Notes under the pieces: model-generated
Told to the model about the DNA's origin: nothing
Database searches by the model: none
What the model saw: the letters and a program-made list of their open reading frames with translations, nothing else
Source of the DNA: Salpingoeca rosetta
Lineage: Eukaryota > Protista > Choanoflagellata
Assembly: GCA_033442325.1 (NCBI GenBank)
Contig: JAWQFM010000003.1
Span: 284,724-348,723, forward strand
Length of the DNA: 64,000 bases
Reading direction: 5' to 3'
Position numbers and translations under genes: made by a program
Part shown: piece by piece, positions 49,022-64,000 of the stretch
Numbering within the stretch: position 1 is the first letter of the stretch
Layout of the letters: every line of letters begins with the position of its first letter

Positions 49022-49549
49022 TGATTGTGTGAGGACACAGGTTGCTAACGAATGAACAATCCCAGCATCACTGCAGACATGGACTGAAAGAGACCCATTT
49101 CTCTTTTCCCCTCTTCGCACATTTGCAAGCGTACATGTGCTTGTACTCACCAAGGAATCCTCGCTCTCTGATCCGTCGAGATCGTGCATGCGCATGGGCT
49201 TGTTGCGCATCTCTGCATACTCCACACACGCGTGCTGCACGCACTCATACTGAACATAACAACGCAATGCGTGACAGGAATGCATTACTGTGAGCAAAAC
49301 AATCCCCCTTTTATCAGCTGCGAACAAGCAACAGCCACCAGCATAGCGCGGTGCAACATGTTCTCACCTGCTGCGGATGCTGGACCATTCCTCCACGTGC
49401 GAGACGAAGTTTCTCAACGACAGCAATTGGATCAACGCTGCAATCATGTCACACACAAGCATTTTGGTGACGCCATGATGAGCTCCGTGCGTTCCATCCA
49501 CGCAACCCCCCCCCAACACACACAAACACACACACATATCACACACATA

Positions 49550-49593
<44 letters not shown>

Positions 49594-51705
49594 AACTGAG
49601 AAACAACAGCCTCCACCAAAGCCCCTCCCCCGCCTGTGAATCCCCTCACCATGCGGTTGTCTCGAGCAAGCGGATGCAGTGGTCAATGGCAATGAATGTG
49701 CCCGTCCGGCCAATCCCAGCGCTGCAGTGGACAATGGGCGGTCCCGTGGCGTCTGCTTTTTTGCTGTGTGGTGAAACACCATGCAGAAGTGGCAATGTAA
49801 GTTGCACGGTGTGACAAGAGGCAGGGGGTGAGACTCCAGGACACACACCATCAGGTTCTGTCTGTGTCTGTGTATGTGTGTATGTGTGTATGTGTGTGTG
49901 TATGTGTGTGTGTATGTGTGTGTGCCACTGTTTTCTTCTCTCGTCTGCCACCACTAACACCACCACCACCACCACCACCGCCTTCCACACCCACTCCCCG
50001 CCTCACACACACCTCCTCAGTGCCTCACCAGTATCCTTGGACGTCGAGCAGCATGTTGATGACGTTGGTTGCGCTTTCGGGGACGCCGTGGTCTGGCCAG
50101 TCTGTGAACCAGTAGTGGCGCACCATGCGCTCCTGGCTGTCCTTTGTCACCCTCAAATGCGTCTCAATGTATCCTTTACGCTTGCGGCCCTTCATGACGG
50201 CCACGCGGATGTCGCCCCACCGTTTGTCTCCACACTTCTTCTCCAGATTGTACTGCATGAAGAAAAACCAGATGTAACACACATCACCAATGGTGAGCAA
50301 GCGAGCACCGTCAGCAAGCGACACCGGCAGTGCGTGTGTATGTGTGTGTGTGCGTGTCTGTGTGCAACATGTTCAAGCAAGACAATAGAGTGTAAAGCTG
50401 TGTTCGGAATATGCTGGTTGTCTCACCCGGACTGTCGGCCAGTATCGTGCACACTTCACCTGACCATTCTCCGCCTGCATTGAACAATGATGCACAGGGA
50501 AGAAACGAACACGAAGCGAGCGAGTTAAGTGCGCGCATGTGTGGGACCTTGAAGCTGCCCATCAACAAGAAGTACTCTCAAGCACAAACACAAACACAAC
50601 AAGTCCTCACTCTCACTCTCATCCTCAACCACTCACTCACTCGCATACCATCTGGAAGAGGGAGTAACCACCTTTCCCTCTCCTTTCTCTCTCTCTCTCT
50701 CTCGTTCTGAACAACGCACCAGCGGTGTTGTCATGACAATGGCTGGACTGTCAAGCATCCACACCATTCGCCAAAACGCCTCAATGGTGTTGTCCAGTGG
50801 GCCCATTGCTGCAACGTACTCCCGCGGTTGCCTGCATGTACACGTGTGCGTGTGTGTGTGTGTGTATGCATGTGTGTGTGTGTATGCATGTGTGAGTGTC
50901 CGTTTGCACGCATGAATCAGTGTGTGGGAGCAAGCTTGAGATGCATGACATGGTCAACACTCCACCGTTGTGGCTGCCTCACCCCTGCGGGCCTGGGATG
51001 TAGTTTGCGTTGATGTATGTCGAGATCTCTGTCCGCGGTTCATACTCGTCCTCCAACCTCACGCGTGTGCGCTGCAACAGACAACATACAGTGAATGAGC
51101 GCAGGCCATGTGAATCAGCGGAAAACGCAGAAAGCCGCAAGTTCTCTCACTCACTCCTACTCCCCCCTCACACACGCACAACACAGTGCACACGCAGCAA
51201 AAGCACGCCTGCGGTCTCTTCGGTGCTAGTACTGGTGCCCAGACACCAGAACCGTACCGGGTTTGGAAGGATGTTGATGTAGCGGTTGAGGCCCTTGCCC
51301 GTGACCTCCGCTGGCAGCCGGTCGCGGGTGGTGAGGTGCTGCTTCAGCGCATTGAACCGCGCATGGTCAACCTTGCAAATCTGGCACGTGTACGCATGTG
51401 GTGGCGGATGTATGGGAGTGTTGGACTACGTCAGCTCGTGTGTGTGTGTTTGTGTGTGTTTGTGTGTGTTTGTGTGTGTGAACAGTGTAGTTTGTGGTTG
51501 TCGCCAGCTGCGTATGATACAAACTGCACGCGCATGCGTCTCACCTCCCACGCTTCCTGGAGCTGCTCTGGCGCCAAGGACGGCTTGCGGCTGCGGCGAT
51601 CAGCACGCTCCTGCATCTGCTCGCAAACACAATGACATCGCCAGCACAGCATTCATCCAACGTGAGCCGTCATCACTGCGCATTCAACAAGTCAACACAC
51701 ACGGT

Positions 51706-51770
<65 letters not shown>

Positions 51771-53073
51771 GTGCACGACAAACAGTTCCACCACAGCAAC
51801 TGCAACGACAATCACAACAACCACAACCACAACAACCACAACAACAACAATGACACCGCCTGCACACCACTTTGACCACTGCAATGCGTGCACAGGATTC
51901 GACATGGGCGTACCTCAGCCAGCCGTTCTGCCTCTGTCTCCTTGAAAGCCGTGCAGAGTAGACGCGGGTCGTCGTATGTGCGGGTGCCAGAGTTGTCGCT
52001 GTACACAGCAAATGGCAACAAGGGGGCGGGGGAGTCACGCGTGTCAACACTGGTGAGTTTGTTGCCTTGCATACAGACGACAAGCTGCACATGCAAACGC
52101 CGCATAATGTACATGTATCAGTGGTGGTTGTGCATACAGCGCAAAAGGTGCGAACAACTCACTCAACATAGAAGACATCACCGTCCTCATCAAACATCAT
52201 GCGCCAGCCAGAGGGCAGTGGCGTTTCTCCTGGCAAGATAACAGCCACACAAATGGGCGGTGAGCGGCGGTGAGGGGATAACATGGGTGAGAGGGGATAA
52301 CATGGGTGAGAGGGATGTGTGTGTGTGTGCAAACGCCTTGCATATGTAAGAGCACTGCTCACGCAACACAAATGCACCAACGCTACTCGCGCTGCCAGCA
52401 CAAATATGGTCATGATTTGTGATTACCTGGCTTGAGGCTTGGCTCTGGCTTCTTCATGGAGGTGGCGCCTGTCTTCGTGCTGTGATGGCAAAGAATGGTC
52501 GAGCAAAGAACGATGTCAGTGAGCCACGCATTCGATTTGCTAGGTCTTGATGGGAATGGCACGCATACTTGTTTGAAACAGAGAACCACACACACACACA
52601 CACAATCAAACACAGAGACAAACACACACATACACACACATACGATACACACACGCATACGATACACACACGCACACACGTTCCCTGTCTCCCTTTTCCT
52701 CTTCATACTTGTGGTAGACGAATGCGCCAGTCTTTCCATCTGGGTTGAGGGCGACTGCGCGCTCCCAGCAGTTTGGCAGATCTGAGGGATGTGGCTGAAT
52801 CACATACGTCCCGCTTTCGTTGCTGACTTTTGTGGTTCGCTTTGGGCGCTTCTTGCTTACCACGCTGGATACCGTGGTTGCCACCCTGGCGAATGTGCTA
52901 CAAACGTGTCACGCCACACACAACAATGTTTGTTTGGTTGGCCATACAGAACATGTGAGCGCCTGCGGCACGACGACATGCAGGCAAGCACATACAAATT
53001 GGGAATGATACTAAAAGCTACAGAGAGAGAGAGAGACAGACAGAGACAGAGAGAGGCAGGCAGACAGACAGAC

Positions 53074-53110
<37 letters not shown>

Positions 53111-53243
53111 GAAACACACACACACACACACACAGCTACACACACACACCAAGCCCTCACTTGATGTAGACGGTGATGCCGTCGACGGAGACAGTCTGCC
53201 AGCCGCCAGGGAGCTTGTTCTCCCGTTTGGTTGGGGACATCAT
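48387..53243 (-). CDS. Non-receptor protein tyrosine phosphatase with three N-terminal WW-like domains
   Basis: Spliced WW-like segments LPGGWQ..., LPNCWE..., [19 protein letters not shown]...TYDDPR. PTP motifs [28 protein letters not shown]...[49 protein letters not shown]. Stop at 48389-48387. Confidence 0.9.
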
Positions 53244-53717
53244 CTTGGCAGCAACCAAGCGTCACAGGGCCCTGCGTTTGTTGTCGCTGTGGTCGCTGCT
53301 GGTGGTGGTGGTGGTCTGTTGGCTGTGTGGATCGCTGAATGCGCGGACTCCTTGTGTGTGGCTGAATGGATAGATGGCGATTCAGTTTGGTGGTGTGTGT
53401 GTGTGGACCAACCGACTCGCTGTTGTTGTTATGTTGTGATCGGCACCAACAACGCACACGCACGCACGGCAACAACAGCACTACCAACAACAATAGAATG
53501 GCCAATCGCAGCAAGCAACAAGCAAAGCACGATGCTCATGAATGTGTGGCATGTTGGGGGGTGAGGTTTGTCTTGGCGTTTGCTGTTTTGGTGGTGGTTG
53601 TGCGAGGCATTCGCGACATGTCAGGCAGACGCGACTTCGCCACACATCGCTCCTTCCTCTTCCCTTAATGAGCCATGGAATCATTTTACATTATACACGT
53701 CAAACAAGAATTACGAG

Positions 53718-53769
53718 ATGCCACCAAAGTCAGTCGCCGCGACTGACTCGGATATGAACGTTTCTGTGC

Positions 53770-53864
<95 letters not shown>

Positions 53865-53896
53865 CTGTGTGTGTGTGTGTTCTGTGTGTGTGTGTG

Positions 53897-53935
<39 letters not shown>

Positions 53936-54017
53936 TGAACGAACGTTTCCATCTCTCTCTCTCTCTCTCTGTGTAGAGATTCGTGTCTCGCTTTCGTTCA
54001 CACCACCCACCCACCCA

Positions 54018-54064
<47 letters not shown>

Positions 54065-55589
54065 CTCTCTCTCTCTCTCACTCACCCGCTTGTTCGTGTT
54101 CATGCTGTTTGCGTCCCTGTAGGTTTGGGCTGGTTATCCCGAAGAGCAAGGCGCAGCAAGGAGCGCAGCGCGTGGCGCAGTTGCAGCGCTCGCGCGAGGC
54201 AGCGGCGCTCTTCAACGATGACGACAGCGACGACGATGCGGACGAACAGATTGGAGGCAAGGCCGAGGTCAACCAAATGCTCCTTCGCGAAGCAGCCTCC
54301 TCCAGAACAGCAAAGAACGTGCGTATGGGAATTGTGTGTGCGGCTAGTGGAGTGTGGGAGCGTCCGTGTTTGATCGTGTGCATGTGTGCATGTGTACATG
54401 TGTGCATGCGTGCATGCGTATGCGTGTGTGCGTGTGTGTGTGTGCGTACACCTTCCATGTGCTCACTCTTGTACAAATATGTTCACACATTGGCACACTT
54501 TCTTTTTCATACACTGTCACGACACACACAACTGCCATATCAACATCCTCATCAACGCAACAACCCCCCTTCTTGTGCCTGGGATGGCCGATTTACAGAT
54601 CCAACGAGAGCTGGAGAAAGCACAGGAGCAAGATCCTTCCATCTTCCAATACGATGAGGTGAGGTGTACACACGCACAAGCACCGCCTGCCTTGTGCGTC
54701 TGTGTTATCCCTTTGTTTTGCTTGGTGTATGCGTTCTCTCGCACGCTGTCCCTGAACGCCGCTCCATGTCGCTGGCGCAGGTGTACGACGACATGGCAGT
54801 TGCGCGTGTCAAATCAGACCCAAGATTCGAACGCTACCAGCACGGAAAGAAGAAGGAGGTGTGATACATGTGCATACCCAATTATGGACGGGTGCACTGC
54901 CCGGTGTTTGCATTGCTCTTGCGCACGCTGCCTTGCGTGACGCCTTCCTCTTGCTCTCTTACGTCGTGAACTCTCCAAGCTCACAAACCGTGGACCCACG
55001 CACACACACACACACGCGCGCGCGCGCGCGCACACATTCACAATCAGCCAAAGTACATTGCACAGCTGCTACGTGCAGCCAAGGAGCGGAAGCGACGCGA
55101 CGATGCCAGAATAGAACGCGCTGTACGTTTGCACCGGCCTTTGTATGCATGAGTGTCTGTGCATGTGATGTGCGTGACTGTGCGGCTGCCGGTCACATAC
55201 ACACACACTTACACACTCTCTGTCTCTCTCTCTCTCACACACACACACACACTCTCTCTCTCCATCTCTCAATCACTTACACACACACTCTCTCTCCATC
55301 TCTCAATCACTTACACACACACTCTCTCTCCATCTCTCAATCACTTTCACACACACACTCACTCCCTCTCACACAATCGCTCACGCTCACACAATCACAC
55401 ACGCTCACACTCACTCACCCCCACCCTCATTCACTTCCCCCTCGCACCGCCTGTAGGCCCAGCGGGAGCGGGAGGAGGAGGGCGATGAGTTTGCCGACAA
55501 GGAAGAGTTTGTGACAGAGGCGTACAAGAAGAAACTGCTGGAGATCAAGGAGACGGAGGCCCTGGAAAAGTTGGAGGAGGCCGAGGATG
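53718..55589 (+). CDS. NSRP1: NSRP1/CCDC55 (DUF2040) nuclear speckle splicing regulator; 3' end not found
   Basis: 11-nt first coding exon plus next exon give MPPKFGLVIPK. Motifs DPSIFQYDEVYDDM, PKYIAQLLRAAKERKR, EREEEGDEFADKEEFVTEAYKKKL. After the donor at 55590 no matching terminal exon is visible. Confidence 0.82.
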
Positions 55590-55652
55590 GTGCGTGCGTG
55601 TGTGTGTGTGTATGTGTGTGTTGGGGCCATGCTTCTGCTCGTGTGTGTTTCG

Positions 55653-55753
<101 letters not shown>

Positions 55754-56016
55754 CGCACACACGCACACACACACACACACACACACGCACACACACACAC
55801 ACGCACACACACGCACACACATACACTGCAAGCCCTTTCCCTCTCGTCCTCTCATCACGTCTTGAGTCACGACAACGACAACGACGACAAGACGCTGCAA
55901 GCACCTCGTCTTCTTCTGACACCCTGCCGGCGTTGTTCTGCCACACGTCACCCCTCTCACGCCCACTCTCACGCCTCCTCTCACGCCCCCCTCTCACGCC
56001 CACGCCCGCGCGCGAG

Positions 56017-63385
<7,369 letters not shown>

Positions 63386-64000
63386 GCGTTCGCAGGAGCT
63401 GCTTGGTTGGAGGTGGCTGCTGCTTGCGCTGTGGGAAACGGGGCACACTTGCCGTGCTTGTGCTTGTGCTTGTGCTTGTGTTTGTGCTCGTGCACTGCTT
63501 GTGTGCTTGTGCTCGCACTGCATGATGGTAGATCGATAGTGTGGGGGACGGGGAGGGGACAGAGACAGAGAGCGAGAGAGAGAGAGAGGGGGGGGGGGAG
63601 AATGGCCTTTTTGGCCAGAGGTGGCTCGTTGTTTGGGATTGTGAGTGCCAGTGCATTTCTGCTGCCTTTTGTTTGTGCATAATCATAACCAAGTTGACCC
63701 TGCTTCTATTTCGTCTGGGTCTGCGCCCTGCTTTTGTGCTGTGTACATACTCCTCCTTTAAGTGGAGCCAGACATTGAGCGTGGTTGCTCTGGACAACCA
63801 ACACCAATAGATACATCTGCGAACCCACACGAAGTTTGGCCATGCGCTGTGTTGTTTGGTGTGGGGTTGTTTGTTGTTTATACGAATTTGCGTTTGTGTG
63901 ACGAGCGAGGAGCTGCATCAGGATTGGGATGATGCTAACGGAGTTCACATGCGTGTACACGTGCAGAGGACATGTGTGTGTGCACGAGATTCAGTTGGTG

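Noticed and set aside
63700-64000. Possible last exons of a minus-strand gene at the window edge
   Set aside because: Frame is ambiguous and there is too little sequence to support a call.

Overview
Intron-rich eukaryotic DNA packed with (CA)n/(TG)n/(GA)n microsatellites, with two 100-N gaps. Gene content and style suggest a choanoflagellate such as Salpingoeca rosetta (inference). Most ORF-track entries are microsatellite or antisense noise. Splicing GT/GC-AG exons by hand gives 11 genes: (1) a giant type-I membrane protein with PSI, EGF and IPT domains and 7 copies of an unusual tripartite repeat (+, 5' end outside the window); (2) a SAM-PRA1 fusion (-); (3) METTL9/DREV (+); (4) an SMP-C2-C1 lipid-transfer protein (-); (5) an AF10/MLLT10-like PZP protein (+); (6) a small basic hypothetical protein (-); (7) an RA-FHA afadin-like protein (+); (8) an LRR-coiled coil-TKL kinase-PARP/ART fusion (+); (9) a 3xWW tyrosine phosphatase (-); (10) an apparently truncated NSRP1/CCDC55 (+); (11) TOGARAM1/crescerin (+). 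The best candidate for an undescribed system is gene 8. It is a single-chain 'LRR sensor-kinase-ADP-ribosyltransferase' with modular 84-nt LRR exons, in a microsatellite-free island that breaks the alternating gene orientation. Other notable points: the 10.6-kb intronless repeat exon of gene 1, a strand-aware UG-donor/CA-acceptor polarity of intronic microsatellites, and several probable assembly artefacts. All family calls come from motif recognition; no searches were run.
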